From the sequence record NZ_CP145666.1: 64,000 nt of DNA; one strand, 5' to 3'. The notes under the pieces were generated by a model. That model did not search any database, was not told the origin of the DNA, and saw only the letters and a program-made list of their open reading frames with translations. Position 1 is the first letter of the stretch. Every line of letters begins with the position of its first letter. Positions 1 to 11,345 of this stretch are shown here, piece by piece. The DNA is from a plasmid. A program made the position numbers and the translations under genes.

Positions 1-1
1 A

Positions 2-848
2 TTGGGCGCGAAGCGTTTTCGGCGCGTTGAGCGGGTGATTACCAACGGTTTGGTGGTGGCGTTTCTGATCGGCGTCGCGATGAGCCTGGTGTTTGTGCTG
101 TTTGGCGATGCCTTCCTGCGGATGCTCGGGCTAAGCGATGAGCTGGTGGTGGTGGGTTCGCCGTTTATCCGCATCATCGGCGGTATTTCGGTAATTATCG
201 CGCTATATTCGTCAATCTTACCTATTCTGCGTACCCACGGCTTTGTGCGTCAGGCGATGCTGGTGCCGATCACCGTCAGCGTGGTAAACGTGGTATTTAA
301 CTACCTGTTTCTTTACGGCCAGCTCAGCTTTCTTGGGCTGGGCGTCACCGGCGTTGGGATCGCGGTATGCATTGCCAACGTCATCGGTATGCTGATGTCG
401 GCGTGGATGCTGAAAAAATACATCGGCTACGTGTTTCGCTGGCAGAAGCTGCGGCAGTGCTCGCGCAAAATGCTGGGGGCGATTCTGCGTTTTGGTCTGC
501 CGTCAGCCGGGGAGAATCTCTCCTACGCCGGGTCGCAACTGGTGGTGACCGCCATTATCGCCTTTCTCGGCACCGAGGCGCTAACCACCAAAGTGTATGC
601 GTCAACCATCAGCCAGTTCGTGGCGCTGTTTGCGATGTCGATAGGCCAGGCCTCGCAGATTATTATTGGCCGCGCAGTGGGGGCGAGGGAAATAGAATCC
701 GCCTACCGGCAGGGCGTTAAAAGTTGGCGGCTGGGGCTGCTGGTGGCTTTTTCTCTCAGCCTGATTATCTTTTTGCTGGCCGAGCCGATTATGCAACTCT
801 TTACGCCTAACCCGCAGGTTATCGCCCTGACCAAAAAGCTGTTTATGT
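2..848 (+). CDS. MATE-family efflux transporter, partial. The N-terminus is cut by the window edge and the C-terminus is truncated by IS26.
   Basis: The ORF from position 2 encodes a multi-TM hydrophobic protein with MATE-like composition. Its reading frame runs into the IS26 terminal repeat at 849. Confidence 0.55.
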
Positions 849-1668
849 GGCACTGTTGCAAAGTTAGCGATGAGGCAGCCTTTTGTCTTATTCAAAGGCC
901 TTACATTTCAAAAACTCTGCTTACCAGGCGCATTTCGCCCAGGGGATCACCATAATAAAATGCTGAGGCCTGGCCTTTGCGTAGTGCACGCATCACCTCA
1001 ATACCTTTGATGGTGGCGTAAGCCGTCTTCATGGATTTAAATCCCAGCGTGGCGCCGATTATCCGTTTCAGTTTGCCATGATCGCATTCAATCACGTTGT
1101 TCCGGTACTTAATCTGTCGGTGTTCAACGTCAGACGGGCACCGGCCTTCGCGTTTGAGCAGAGCAAGCGCGGGACCATAGGCGGGCGCTTTATCCGTGTT
1201 GATGAATCGCGGGATCTGCCACTTCTTCACGTTGTTGAGGATTTTACCCAGAAACCGGTATGCAGCTTTGCTGTTACGACGGGAGGAGAGATAAAAATCG
1301 ACAGTGCGGCCCCGGCTGTCGACGGCCCGGTACAGATACGCCCAGCGGCCATTGACCTTCACGTAGGTTTCATCCATGTGCCACGGGCAAAGATCGGAAG
1401 GGTTACGCCAGTACCAGCGCAGCCGTTTTTCCATTTCAGGCGCATAACGCTGAACCCAGCGGTAAATCGTGGAGTGATCGACATTCACTCCGCGTTCAGC
1501 CAGCATCTCCTGCAGCTCACGGTAACTGATGCCGTATTTGCAGTACCAGCGTACGGCCCACAGAATGATGTCACGCTGAAAATGCCGGCCTTTGAATGGG
1601 TTCATGTGCAGCTCCATCAGCAAAAGGGGATGATAAGTTTATCACCACCGACTATTTGCAACAGTGCC
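849..1668 (-). mobile_element. IS26, copy 1 (820 bp)
   Basis: The 14-bp terminal IRs GGCACTGTTGCAAA / TTTGCAACAGTGCC lie exactly 820 bp apart and enclose the Tnp26 ORF. Confidence 0.95.
901..1605 (-). CDS. tnpA: IS26 transposase Tnp26 (IS6 family). This copy carries an R145P substitution relative to copies 2 and 3.
   Basis: The protein begins MNPFKGRHFQRDIILWAVRWYCKYGISYRE. The codon CCC replaces CGC, giving AYGPAL instead of AYGRAL. Confidence 0.9.
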   Translation of the reverse strand: MNPFKGRHFQRDIILWAVRWYCKYGISYRELQEMLAERGVNVDHSTIYRWVQRYAPEMEKRLRWYWRNPSDLCPWHMDETYVKVNGRWAYLYRAVDSRGRTVDFYLSSRRNSKAAYRFLGKILNNVKKWQIPRFINTDKAPAYGPALALLKREGRCPSDVEHRQIKYRNNVIECDHGKLKRIIGATLGFKSMKTAYATIKGIEVMRALRKGQASAFYYGDPLGEMRLVSRVFEM

Positions 1669-1898
1669 CCTGAAGATGCGTAGATTTACGTGCATAGCCG
1701 ATTTTCATTCTTTTCTCGCTAATTAGTTATGGGGTTATTGTTATGTTGATACAGTAACGAGTTTTGTTACATGAGGGGAGTCATTTTTCGGGAGAAGTCA
1801 GGACTTTTCAAGACTGTCACAAAAACCATCGTTTTTGATACATTAATTTAACCAATAGGTTGCAGATCAAATCGCCTGTAACAGCCTTTCTGGCTGTT

Positions 1899-1923
1899 TG
1901 TCGTTTTCAGAAGACGGCTGCAC
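1899..1923 (+). repeat. Class 1 integron 25-bp inverted repeat IRi
   Basis: The sequence TGTCGTTTTCAGAAGACGGCTGCAC lies 180 bp outside the end of intI1. Confidence 0.8.
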
Positions 1924-2100
1924 TGAACGTCAGAAGCCGACTGCACTATAGCAGCGGAGGGGTTGGATCCATCAGGCAACGACGGGCTGCTGCCGGCCAT
2001 CAGCGGACGCAGGGAGGACTTTCCGCAACCGGCCGTTCGATGCGGCACCGATGGCCTTCGCGCAGGGGTAGTGAATCCGCCAGGATTGACTTGCGCTGCC

Positions 2101-3114
2101 CTACCTCTCACTAGTGAGGGGCGGCAGCGCATCAAGCGGTGAGCGCACTCCGGCACCGCCAACTTTCAGCACATGCGTGTAAATCATCGTCGTAGAGACG
2201 TCGGAATGGCCGAGCAGATCCTGCACGGTTCGAATGTCGTAACCGCTGCGGAGCAAGGCCGTCGCGAACGAGTGGCGGAGGGTGTGCGGTGTGGCGGGCT
2301 TCGTGATGCCTGCTTGTTCTACGGCACGTTTGAAGGCGCGCTGAAAGGTCTGGTCATACATGTGATGGCGACGCACGACACCGCTCCGTGGATCGGTCGA
2401 ATGCGTGTGCTGCGCAAAAACCCAGAACCACGGCCAGGAATGCCCGGCGCGCGGATACTTCCGCTCAAGGGCGTCGGGAAGCGCAACGCCGCTGCGGCCC
2501 TCGGCCTGGTCCTTCAGCCACCATGCCCGTGCACGCGACAGCTGCTCGCGCAGGCTGGGTGCCAAGCTCTCGGGTAACATCAAGGCCCGATCCTTGGAGC
2601 CCTTGCCCTCCCGCACGATGATCGTGCCGTGATCGAAATCCAGATCCTTGACCCGCAGTTGCAAACCCTCACTGATCCGCATGCCCGTTCCATACAGAAG
2701 CTGGGCGAACAAACGATGCTCGCCTTCCAGAAAACCGAGGATGCGAACCACTTCATCCGGGGTCAGCACCACCGGCAAGCGCCGCGACGGCCGAGGTCTT
2801 CCGATCTCCTGAAGCCAGGGCAGATCCGTGCACAGCACCTTGCCGTAGAAGAACAGCAAGGCCGCCAATGCCTGACGATGCGTGGAGACCGAAACCTTGC
2901 GCTCGTTCGCCAGCCAGGACAGAAATGCCTCGACTTCGCTGCTGCCCAAGGTTGCCGGGTGACGCACACCGTGGAAACGGATGAAGGCACGAACCCAGTG
3001 GACATAAGCCTGTTCGGTTGGTAAGCTGTAATGCAAGTAGCGTATGCGCTCACGCAACTGGTCCAGAACCTTGACCGAACGCAGCGGTGGTAACGGCGCA
3101 GTGGCGGTTTTCAT
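2101..3114 (-). CDS. intI1: Class 1 integron integrase IntI1, full length, with P32 and H39
   Basis: The 337-aa protein begins [49 protein letters not shown] and is a tyrosine recombinase. Confidence 0.95.
   Translation of the reverse strand: MKTATAPLPPLRSVKVLDQLRERIRYLHYSLPTEQAYVHWVRAFIRFHGVRHPATLGSSEVEAFLSWLANERKVSVSTHRQALAALLFFYGKVLCTDLPWLQEIGRPRPSRRLPVVLTPDEVVRILGFLEGEHRLFAQLLYGTGMRISEGLQLRVKDLDFDHGTIIVREGKGSKDRALMLPESLAPSLREQLSRARAWWLKDQAEGRSGVALPDALERKYPRAGHSWPWFWVFAQHTHSTDPRSGVVRRHHMYDQTFQRAFKRAVEQAGITKPATPHTLRHSFATALLRSGYDIRTVQDLLGHSDVSTTMIYTHVLKVGGAGVRSPLDALPPLTSER
2999..3027 (+). promoter_or_regulatory. Cassette promoter Pc, the PcW variant with a TGN extended -10 (TGGACA-N17-TAAGCT preceded by TGG)
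   Basis: The hexamers were read directly inside the 5' end of intI1. The neighbouring P2 has a 14-bp spacer (TTGTTA-N14-TACAGT) and is therefore inactive. Confidence 0.6.
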
Positions 3115-3360
3115 GGCTTGTTATGACTGTTTTTTTGTACAGTCTATGCCTCGGGCATCCAAGCAGCAAGCGCGTTACGCCGTGGGTCGATGTTTGATGT
3201 TATGGAGCAGCAACGATGTTACGCAGCAGGGCAGTCGCCCTAAAACAAAGTTAGATGCACTAAGCACATAATTGCTCACAGCCAAACTATCAGGTCAAGT
3301 CTGCTTTTATTATTTTTAAGCGTGCATAATAAGCCCTACACAAATTGGGAGTTAGACATC

Positions 3361-3960
3361 ATGAGCAACGCAAAAACAAAGTTAGGCATCACAAAGTACA
3401 GCATCGTGACCAACAGCAACGATTCCGTCACACTGCGCCTCATGACTGAGCATGACCTTGCGATGCTCTATGAGTGGCTAAATCGATCTCATATCGTCGA
3501 GTGGTGGGGCGGAGAAGAAGCACGCCCGACACTTGCTGACGTACAGGAACAGTACTTGCCAAGCGTTTTAGCGCAAGAGTCCGTCACTCCATACATTGCA
3601 ATGCTGAATGGAGAGCCGATTGGGTATGCCCAGTCGTACGTTGCTCTTGGAAGCGGGGACGGACGGTGGGAAGAAGAAACCGATCCAGGAGTACGCGGAA
3701 TAGACCAGTTACTGGCGAATGCATCACAACTGGGCAAAGGCTTGGGAACCAAGCTGGTTCGAGCTCTGGTTGAGTTGCTGTTCAATGATCCCGAGGTCAC
3801 CAAGATCCAAACGGACCCGTCGCCGAGCAACTTGCGAGCGATCCGATGCTACGAGAAAGCGGGGTTTGAGAGGCAAGGTACCGTAACCACCCCATATGGT
3901 CCAGCCGTGTACATGGTTCAAACACGCCAGGCATTCGAGCGAACACGCAGTGATGCCTAA
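3361..3960 (+). CDS. aac(6')-Ib-cr: Aminoglycoside and fluoroquinolone acetyltransferase AAC(6')-Ib-cr gene cassette
   Basis: The AAC(6')-Ib sequence carries both cr-defining residues: W102R in [10 protein letters not shown] and D179Y in TTPYGPAVY. Confidence 0.9.
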   Translation: MSNAKTKLGITKYSIVTNSNDSVTLRLMTEHDLAMLYEWLNRSHIVEWWGGEEARPTLADVQEQYLPSVLAQESVTPYIAMLNGEPIGYAQSYVALGSGDGRWEEETDPGVRGIDQLLANASQLGKGLGTKLVRALVELLFNDPEVTKIQTDPSPSNLRAIRCYEKAGFERQGTVTTPYGPAVYMVQTRQAFERTRSDA

Positions 3961-4045
3961 CCCTTCCATCGAGGGGGACGTCCAAGGGCTGGCGCCCTTG
4001 GCCGCCCCTCATGTCAAACGTTGGGCGAACCCGGAGCCTCATTAA
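3961..4045 (+). other. attC (59-be) of the aacA4cr cassette
   Basis: An imperfect palindrome CCCTTCCATCGAGGGGGACGTCCAAGGGCTGGCGCCCTTGGCCGCCCCTCATGTCAAACGTTGGGC lies between cassettes and ends in a GTTRRRY core. Confidence 0.55.
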
Positions 4046-4090
4046 TTGTTAGCCGTTAAAATTAAGCCCTTTACCAAACCAATACTTATT

Positions 4091-4921
4091 ATGAAAAACA
4101 CAATACATATCAACTTCGCTATTTTTTTAATAATTGCAAATATTATCTACAGCAGCGCCAGTGCATCAACAGATATCTCTACTGTTGCATCTCCATTATT
4201 TGAAGGAACTGAAGGTTGTTTTTTACTTTACGATGCATCCACAAACGCTGAAATTGCTCAATTCAATAAAGCAAAGTGTGCAACGCAAATGGCACCAGAT
4301 TCAACTTTCAAGATCGCATTATCACTTATGGCATTTGATGCGGAAATAATAGATCAGAAAACCATATTCAAATGGGATAAAACCCCCAAAGGAATGGAGA
4401 TCTGGAACAGCAATCATACACCAAAGACGTGGATGCAATTTTCTGTTGTTTGGGTTTCGCAAGAAATAACCCAAAAAATTGGATTAAATAAAATCAAGAA
4501 TTATCTCAAAGATTTTGATTATGGAAATCAAGACTTCTCTGGAGATAAAGAAAGAAACAACGGATTAACAGAAGCATGGCTCGAAAGTAGCTTAAAAATT
4601 TCACCAGAAGAACAAATTCAATTCCTGCGTAAAATTATTAATCACAATCTCCCAGTTAAAAACTCAGCCATAGAAAACACCATAGAGAACATGTATCTAC
4701 AAGATCTGGATAATAGTACAAAACTGTATGGGAAAACTGGTGCAGGATTCACAGCAAATAGAACCTTACAAAACGGATGGTTTGAAGGGTTTATTATAAG
4801 CAAATCAGGACATAAATATGTTTTTGTGTCCGCACTTACAGGAAACTTGGGGTCGAATTTAACATCAAGCATAAAAGCCAAGAAAAATGCGATCACCATT
4901 CTAAACACACTAAATTTATAA
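4091..4921 (+). CDS. blaOXA-1: Class D beta-lactamase OXA-1 gene cassette
   Basis: The 276-aa protein begins MKNTIHINFAIFLIIANIIYSSASAST and contains the STFK and KTG motifs. Confidence 0.95.
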   Translation: MKNTIHINFAIFLIIANIIYSSASASTDISTVASPLFEGTEGCFLLYDASTNAEIAQFNKAKCATQMAPDSTFKIALSLMAFDAEIIDQKTIFKWDKTPKGMEIWNSNHTPKTWMQFSVVWVSQEITQKIGLNKIKNYLKDFDYGNQDFSGDKERNNGLTEAWLESSLKISPEEQIQFLRKIINHNLPVKNSAIENTIENMYLQDLDNSTKLYGKTGAGFTANRTLQNGWFEGFIISKSGHKYVFVSALTGNLGSNLTSSIKAKKNAITILNTLNL

Positions 4922-5058
4922 AAAATCTAATGGCAAAATCGCCCAACCCTTCAATCAAGTCGGGACGGCCAAAAGCAAGCTTTTGGCTCCCCTCGCTGGC
5001 GCTCGGCGCCCCTTATTTCAAACGTTAGACGGCAAAGTCACAGACCGCGGGATCTCTT

Positions 5059-5691
5059 ATGACCAACTACTTTGATAGCCCCTTCAAAGGCAAGCTGCTT
5101 TCTGAGCAAGTGAAGAACCCCAATATCAAAGTTGGGCGGTACAGCTATTACTCTGGCTACTATCATGGGCACTCATTCGATGACTGCGCACGGTATCTGT
5201 TTCCGGACCGTGATGACGTTGATAAGTTGATCATCGGTAGTTTCTGCTCTATCGGGAGTGGGGCTTCCTTTATCATGGCTGGCAATCAGGGGCATCGGTA
5301 CGACTGGGCATCATCTTTCCCGTTCTTTTATATGCAGGAAGAACCTGCATTCTCAAGCGCACTCGATGCCTTCCAAAAAGCAGGTAATACTGTCATTGGC
5401 AATGACGTTTGGATCGGCTCTGAGGCAATGGTCATGCCCGGAATCAAGATCGGGCACGGTGCGGTGATAGGCAGCCGCTCGTTGGTGACAAAAGATGTGG
5501 AGCCTTACGCTATCGTTGGCGGCAATCCCGCTAAGAAGATTAAGAAACGCTTCACCGATGAGGAAATTTCATTGCTTCTGGAGATGGAGTGGTGGAATTG
5601 GTCACTGGAGAAGATCAAAGCGGCAATGCCCATGCTGTGCTCGTCTAATATTGTTGGCCTGCACAAGTATTGGCTCGAGTTTGCCGTCTAA
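5059..5691 (+). CDS. catB3: Chloramphenicol acetyltransferase CatB3 (xenobiotic acetyltransferase, hexapeptide repeat), full length
   Basis: The 210-aa protein begins [46 protein letters not shown]. It sits in the canonical aac(6')-Ib-cr / blaOXA-1 / catB3 / arr-3 cassette order. Confidence 0.9.
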   Translation: MTNYFDSPFKGKLLSEQVKNPNIKVGRYSYYSGYYHGHSFDDCARYLFPDRDDVDKLIIGSFCSIGSGASFIMAGNQGHRYDWASSFPFFYMQEEPAFSSALDAFQKAGNTVIGNDVWIGSEAMVMPGIKIGHGAVIGSRSLVTKDVEPYAIVGGNPAKKIKKRFTDEEISLLLEMEWWNWSLEKIKAAMPMLCSSNIVGLHKYWLEFAV

Positions 5692-5775
5692 CAATTCAAT
5701 CAAGCCGATGCCGCTTCGCGGCACGGCTTATTTCAGGCGTTATGCAGCCAAATCCCAACAATTAAGGGTCTTAAA

Positions 5776-6228
5776 ATGGTAAAAGATTGGATTCCCATCT
5801 CTCATGATAATTACAAGCAGGTGCAAGGACCGTTCTATCATGGAACCAAAGCCAATTTGGCGATTGGTGACTTGCTAACCACAGGGTTCATCTCTCATTT
5901 CGAGGACGGTCGTATTCTTAAGCACATCTACTTTTCAGCCTTGATGGAGCCAGCAGTTTGGGGAGCTGAACTTGCTATGTCACTGTCTGGCCTCGAGGGT
6001 CGCGGCTACATATACATAGTTGAGCCAACAGGACCGTTCGAAGACGATCCGAATCTTACGAACAAAAGATTTCCCGGTAATCCAACACAGTCCTATAGAA
6101 CCTGCGAACCCTTGAGAATTGTTGGCGTTGTTGAAGACTGGGAGGGGCATCCTGTTGAATTAATAAGGGGAATGTTGGATTCGTTGGAGGACTTAAAGCG
6201 CCGTGGTTTACACGTCATTGAAGACTAG
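5776..6228 (+). CDS. arr-3: Rifampin ADP-ribosyltransferase Arr-3 gene cassette
   Basis: The 150-aa protein begins MVKDWIPISHDNYKQVQGPFYHGTKANL, matching the Arr family. Confidence 0.85.
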   Translation: MVKDWIPISHDNYKQVQGPFYHGTKANLAIGDLLTTGFISHFEDGRILKHIYFSALMEPAVWGAELAMSLSGLEGRGYIYIVEPTGPFEDDPNLTNKRFPGNPTQSYRTCEPLRIVGVVEDWEGHPVELIRGMLDSLEDLKRRGLHVIED

Positions 6229-6450
6229 TCCTTTGCATAACAAAGCCATCAAACCGGACGCCAGAGATTCCGCGCCTGTTGCGCATGGCTTCGCCATTTT
6301 ATGCGCAATAGGCGCGCCACCCTGTCGCCGTTTATGGCGGCGTTAGATGCACTAAGCACATAATTGCTCACAGCCAAACTATCAGGTCAAGTCTGCTTTT
6401 ATTATTTTTAAGCGTGCATAATAAGCCCTACACAAATTGGGAGATATATC

Positions 6451-6798
6451 ATGAAAGGCTGGCTTTTTCTTGTTATCGCAATAGTTGGCGAAGTAATCGC
6501 AACATCCGCATTAAAATCTAGCGAGGGCTTTACTAAGCTTGCCCCTTCCGCCGTTGTCATAATCGGTTATGGCATCGCATTTTATTTTCTTTCTCTGGTT
6601 CTGAAATCCATCCCTGTCGGTGTTGCTTATGCAGTCTGGTCGGGACTCGGCGTCGTCATAATTACAGCCATTGCCTGGTTGCTTCATGGGCAAAAGCTTG
6701 ATGCGTGGGGCTTTGTAGGTATGGGGCTCATAATTGCTGCCTTTTTGCTCGCCCGATCCCCATCGTGGAAGTCGCTGCGGAGGCCGACGCCATGGTGA
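6451..6798 (+). CDS. qacEdelta1: Truncated SMR efflux protein QacEdelta1 (3'-CS, copy 1)
   Basis: The protein begins [52 protein letters not shown] and is 115 aa. It overlaps the start of sul1. Confidence 0.9.
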   Translation: MKGWLFLVIAIVGEVIATSALKSSEGFTKLAPSAVVIIGYGIAFYFLSLVLKSIPVGVAYAVWSGLGVVIITAIAWLLHGQKLDAWGFVGMGLIIAAFLLARSPSWKSLRRPTPW

Positions 6799-7631
6799 CG
6801 GTGTTCGGCATTCTGAATCTCACCGAGGACTCCTTCTTCGATGAGAGCCGGCGGCTAGACCCCGCCGGCGCTGTCACCGCGGCGATCGAAATGCTGCGAG
6901 TCGGATCAGACGTCGTGGATGTCGGACCGGCCGCCAGCCATCCGGACGCGAGGCCTGTATCGCCGGCCGATGAGATCAGACGTATTGCGCCGCTCTTAGA
7001 CGCCCTGTCCGATCAGATGCACCGTGTTTCAATCGACAGCTTCCAACCGGAAACCCAGCGCTATGCGCTCAAGCGCGGCGTGGGCTACCTGAACGATATC
7101 CAAGGATTTCCTGACCCTGCGCTCTATCCCGATATTGCTGAGGCGGACTGCAGGCTGGTGGTTATGCACTCAGCGCAGCGGGATGGCATCGCCACCCGCA
7201 CCGGTCACCTTCGACCCGAAGACGCGCTCGACGAGATTGTGCGGTTCTTCGAGGCGCGGGTTTCCGCCTTGCGACGGAGCGGGGTCGCTGCCGACCGGCT
7301 CATCCTCGATCCGGGGATGGGATTTTTCTTGAGCCCCGCACCGGAAACATCGCTGCACGTGCTGTCGAACCTTCAAAAGCTGAAGTCGGCGTTGGGGCTT
7401 CCGCTATTGGTCTCGGTGTCGCGGAAATCCTTCTTGGGCGCCACCGTTGGCCTTCCTGTAAAGGATCTGGGTCCAGCGAGCCTTGCGGCGGAACTTCACG
7501 CGATCGGCAATGGCGCTGACTACGTCCGCACCCACGCGCCTGGAGATCTGCGAAGCGCAATCACCTTCTCGGAAACCCTCGCGAAATTTCGCAGTCGCGA
7601 CGCCAGAGACCGAGGGTTAGATCATGCCTAG
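6792..7631 (+). CDS. sul1: Sulfonamide-resistant dihydropteroate synthase Sul1 (3'-CS, copy 1)
   Basis: The 279-aa protein begins [28 protein letters not shown]. Confidence 0.95.
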   Translation: MVTVFGILNLTEDSFFDESRRLDPAGAVTAAIEMLRVGSDVVDVGPAASHPDARPVSPADEIRRIAPLLDALSDQMHRVSIDSFQPETQRYALKRGVGYLNDIQGFPDPALYPDIAEADCRLVVMHSAQRDGIATRTGHLRPEDALDEIVRFFEARVSALRRSGVAADRLILDPGMGFFLSPAPETSLHVLSNLQKLKSALGLPLLVSVSRKSFLGATVGLPVKDLGPASLAAELHAIGNGADYVRTHAPGDLRSAITFSETLAKFRSRDARDRGLDHA

Positions 7632-9785
7632 CATTCACCTTCCGGCCGCCCGCTAAATATCTCCTTTTGGGTTGTTAATAAAACATCCAATAAGTTGACT
7701 GTGCGTGAAAAAGAAAGTTTTGTGTGATGGCGTTGAAGATCGCACCGTTAAGCTCTTATGTGGGATGGTGCAGAGCTCGACGACTACCGATAAAACGCAA
7801 CCGCCGCAAACAGACAAGAAAAAGCCCCAACTGATAACAGTTGGGGCTTCAGTATTGTGATTGGTGGAGCAATAGCACCCTGAACCCAAAACCTTCTCGC
7901 TCAACCGGTAGTGGCTGATAACAACTCGTGAGGGCTATTGCGGGTTAAGCATTTAGCGATGTCTAGGGCCAGACTGGACGTCTGAACGCAAGCCGCTGAT
8001 ACTGTACATAACCACAGTATCAGCGGAGGATACCCATGTCGCTGGCAAGGAACGCCACGGCGAGTCAATCGCCCACTCAAACAAACGGTTACGAACGCCA
8101 CCAACCCGACCAGACGCTGCTCTACCAGCTGGTTGAGCAGCACTACCCAGCCTTCAAAGCCTCACTCGAAGCCCAAGGTCAACACCTGCCTCGCTACATC
8201 CAACAAGAATTCAACGACCTCCTCCAATGTGGCCGTCTGGAGTATGGTTTCATGCGGGTTCGCTGCGAGGATTGTCATCACGAGCGTCTGGTCGCCTTCA
8301 GCTGTAAACGACGCGGCTTTTGCCCTAGCTGCGGTGCCCGCCGGATGGCCGAGAGTGCGGCGCTGCTGATAGACGAAGTCTTCCCCAAGGAGCCCATTCG
8401 CCAGTGGGTGTTCAGCTTTCCTTTCCAGCTACGCTTTTTGCTGGCTCGCCATCCCCAGCTGATGGGCCAGGTCTTGAGTATCGTCTATCGTACACTCTCA
8501 ACTCATCTGATCAAAAAAGCCGGTTACACCAAAGCCTCTGCACAAACTGGCTCAGTGACTCTTATCCAACGCTTTGGCTCCGCGCTAAATCTCAATGTCC
8601 ACTACCACATGCTGTTTCTCGATGGTGTCTATGCCGAAGATGACTATGGCAAGCAACGCTTCCATCGTGTCAAGGCACCCACTTACGATGAGCTGAATAC
8701 GCTCGCTCACACCCTCAGCCATCGCATCGCTCGCTGCATGGAAAAGCGTGGGATTTTGGAGCGTGATGCCGAGAATACGTGGTTGACACTGGAAGAGGGC
8801 GAAGACGATACGCTGACTCAATTACATGGTGCTTCGGTTACGTATCGCATTGCCGTCGGCCCCCAGCAAGGGCGCAAAGTCTTCACCCTGCAAACCTTGC
8901 CAGGGCGTGAGGATAAAGCCGACTCAAGCAGTCGAGTAGCCAACCATGCTGGTTTCTCGCTACACGCCGGTGTGATGGCCGAAGCGCATCAGCGGGATAA
9001 GCTTGAGCGCTTGTGTCGCTACATTAGTCGGCCAGCGGTTTCAGAAAAACGTCTGGCATTAACCGCCAATGGGCAGGTGCGTTACGAGCTCAAAACTCCG
9101 TACCGCAATGGCACCACCCATGTGATCTTCGAGCCGCTGGACTTCATCGCCAAACTCGCTGCGTTGGTACCTAAGCCGCGAGTCAACCTCACACGCTTCC
9201 ACGGCGTCTTTGCACCGAACAGCAAACACCGAGTTCAAGTAACACCCGCCAAGCGGGGCAAGAAGCCCGACAAATCGGAAGGTCTCGATACTAACTGGCG
9301 TGACAAGAGTCCTGCAGAGCGCCACCGCGCCATGACCTGGATGCAACGCCTCAAGCGAGTCTTCAATATTGATATTGAAGTCTGCGAACACTGCGGCGGT
9401 CACGTCAAAGTGATTGCCAGCATCGAAGATCCGAAGGTCATTGAGCAGATTCTCAAGCATCTGAAACAGAAAACAGCCAAGGCGAATGCCGCCAAGCAGC
9501 GTGAGCTGCCACCAGAACGAGCGCCGCCACTGACTCCCAGCCTGTTCGATCCATCACAGAGTCGTCTCTTTGACTGACGACCCCAAATCCAACACTGCTC
9601 AACACTGCCAACTTTTAAACGGGGCGGTGGGGCAGTTTGTATCTCTCGAGCTATCAGGCTAGAGATTTTACCGCCAAATCGAACCTTATTAGAGCGGTTT
9701 AGGCTGGACCGGCAGTTAAAATTGGGGCTTGAGCGGTAAACGAGTGAGGGAATTTCAGGTAAGATACTTCGGATGAGGAGCAAAA
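7632..9785 (+). mobile_element. ISCR1, an IS91-like rolling-circle element. Its boundaries are approximate.
   Basis: The element begins directly after the sul1 stop, where the 3'-CS is truncated. It contains the orf513 transposase, with an oriIS-type end expected about 200 bp past the ORF. Confidence 0.65.
8036..9577 (+). CDS. ISCR1 transposase (Orf513), an IS91-family HUH enzyme
   Basis: The 513-aa protein begins MSLARNATASQSPTQTNGYERHQPDQTLLYQLVEQHYPAF and contains a CxxC...CxxC zinc motif and an HYH motif. Confidence 0.9.
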   Translation: MSLARNATASQSPTQTNGYERHQPDQTLLYQLVEQHYPAFKASLEAQGQHLPRYIQQEFNDLLQCGRLEYGFMRVRCEDCHHERLVAFSCKRRGFCPSCGARRMAESAALLIDEVFPKEPIRQWVFSFPFQLRFLLARHPQLMGQVLSIVYRTLSTHLIKKAGYTKASAQTGSVTLIQRFGSALNLNVHYHMLFLDGVYAEDDYGKQRFHRVKAPTYDELNTLAHTLSHRIARCMEKRGILERDAENTWLTLEEGEDDTLTQLHGASVTYRIAVGPQQGRKVFTLQTLPGREDKADSSSRVANHAGFSLHAGVMAEAHQRDKLERLCRYISRPAVSEKRLALTANGQVRYELKTPYRNGTTHVIFEPLDFIAKLAALVPKPRVNLTRFHGVFAPNSKHRVQVTPAKRGKKPDKSEGLDTNWRDKSPAERHRAMTWMQRLKRVFNIDIEVCEHCGGHVKVIASIEDPKVIEQILKHLKQKTAKANAAKQRELPPERAPPLTPSLFDPSQSRLFD

Positions 9786-9851
9786 AGGTGGTTTATACTT
9801 CCTATACCCATTATCCTAGAAGGTGATGCTGTTCTAGAACGCGTCCTAACT

Positions 9852-10583
9852 ATGCAGTTGACCGAAACTGCTCGGAGCTTGGACATTGACGGTCTGCGTG
9901 AAGGCACCGCTGAGAAAATTGTCAAGAACGGCGGATACGAGACGTTCAATGACATGTTCTCGGCAATCGCACAATGGCCCCGCAAATGGTGGTTGGACCT
10001 CATTGGCGAAAATGGCGGCAAAATCTACGATGATTTCCATTCCAAGATGAGTAGTGTTCCCCTGTCGGTTTGGTTGGGGTCGATGCCCCACTTTGGGCGC
10101 GGCGTTGGGCGCCGCAAGATGAAAGCTCTGTGTGAAGGCTTGGATATTAAGACCTTGGACGATTTCAATGCCATCACCGAAGAGCAGATCGTTAGCGTCG
10201 ACAAATTCAGCTACAAAACTGCCGCAAAAGTGCTTGCAGGCATGGCTGAACATGCCGAGCTATTCAACAAGATTCAATCAATCATCGGGTTCAAACAGCA
10301 GGTTACTTCGGGGGATCGTTTTACCGGTGAGAAGATCGTGATCACCGGTTTTCGTGATGCGGCCTTGGAGAAGCTGATTGAAGCTGAGGGTGGTGAAGTG
10401 CAATCATCAGTCTCGTCGAAGACCACCATGGTGATCGCGGCATCCACTTCCGGATCTTCTGGCAAATTGAAGAAAGTGCACGATCTCAACAACAGCGGAA
10501 AGGCAAACATCAAACTGATTGATCTGGCCACCTTCCGTAAGCAATATCTGGAACAACCAGCATCGACTGGTTTGGAGTTTTAA
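9852..10583 (+). pseudogene. 3' fragment of an NAD-dependent DNA ligase (LigA) gene, covering the HhH and BRCT domains. It is passenger DNA carried with dfrA19.
   Basis: The C-terminal sequence GEKIVITGFRDAALEKLIEAEGGEVQSSVSSKTTMVIAASTSGSSGKLKKV is BRCT-like. There is no N-terminal adenylation domain. Confidence 0.5.
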
Positions 10584-11152
10584 TGAATCACCCACAACTT
10601 GAGCTAATAGTCGCTGTGGATTCTAATTTGGGATTCGGGAAAGGCGGCAAGATTCCATGGAAATGCAAAGAAGACATGGCGCGATTTACGCGGGTTTCTA
10701 AAGAGATCCGGGTGTGCGTTATGGGGAAACACACGTATACTGACATGCGTGACATGCAGTTAGAAAAGGATGGCGCCGAGGAGCGAATCAAGGAGAAAGG
10801 AATTCTCCCCGAACGTGAATCGTTCGTGATCTCCTCGACGTTAAAACAAGAAGATGTCATAGGCGCTACTGTCGTTCCTGATCTTCGTGCTGTGATCAAC
10901 CTGTATGAGAATACCGATCAACGCATTGCTGTCATTGGTGGGGAGAAGTTGTACATTCAAGCTCTTTCATCAGCAACGAAACTGCACATGACCATAATTC
11001 CAAGAGAGTTCGACTGTGATCGATTTATTCCTGTTGATCCGATCCAGAACAATTTTCACATTGATTCCAGTGCCAGCGAGACTGTGGAGGCAACCGTTGA
11101 TGAGACTCAAGAGCGCATTCACTTTGCTACTTACGTGCGTAACAATCAGTAA
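10583..11152 (+). CDS. dfrA19: Trimethoprim-resistant dihydrofolate reductase, dfrA19-like, associated with ISCR1
   Basis: The 189-aa DHFR-fold protein begins MNHPQLELIVAVDSNLGFGKGGKIPW. It is not an attC-bearing cassette and lies downstream of ISCR1. Confidence 0.75.
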   Translation: MNHPQLELIVAVDSNLGFGKGGKIPWKCKEDMARFTRVSKEIRVCVMGKHTYTDMRDMQLEKDGAEERIKEKGILPERESFVISSTLKQEDVIGATVVPDLRAVINLYENTDQRIAVIGGEKLYIQALSSATKLHMTIIPREFDCDRFIPVDPIQNNFHIDSSASETVEATVDETQERIHFATYVRNNQ

Positions 11153-11345
11153 CGCGCTGGCAGTGGAAGAACAAGAACCAGAAACGAAGCAGACGGTGTT
11201 GGCCGTCTGCTTCGAAACATCATTGTTGGCTCGAGAACTGATCGAGAATACCATTCTTGCGGACGACATCCAAAACAATACAGAAAAGATAGCTTTGCGG
11301 TTGTCGGAGCCCCTCCCCCCAACTTATAATGGGATTATTGCTGGG

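Noticed and set aside
1078-1683. A 201-aa ORF antisense to the IS26 transposase. The same ORF recurs at 18881-19495 and 26366-27022.
   Set aside because: It is the antisense strand of a well-characterised IS whose only gene is tnpA26. It is a codon-bias artefact.
2173-3053. Multiple ORFs of 75-134 aa inside and antisense to intI1: 2173-2577, 2388-2621, 2405-2632, 2629-3024, 2763-3053, and the equivalents near 11016-11647.
   Set aside because: They lie within the GC-rich intI1 coding region, where long antisense ORFs are expected. None has an independent start or RBS context.
7135-7560. Small ORFs inside sul1 in both copies
   Set aside because: They are internal or antisense frames of a known gene.
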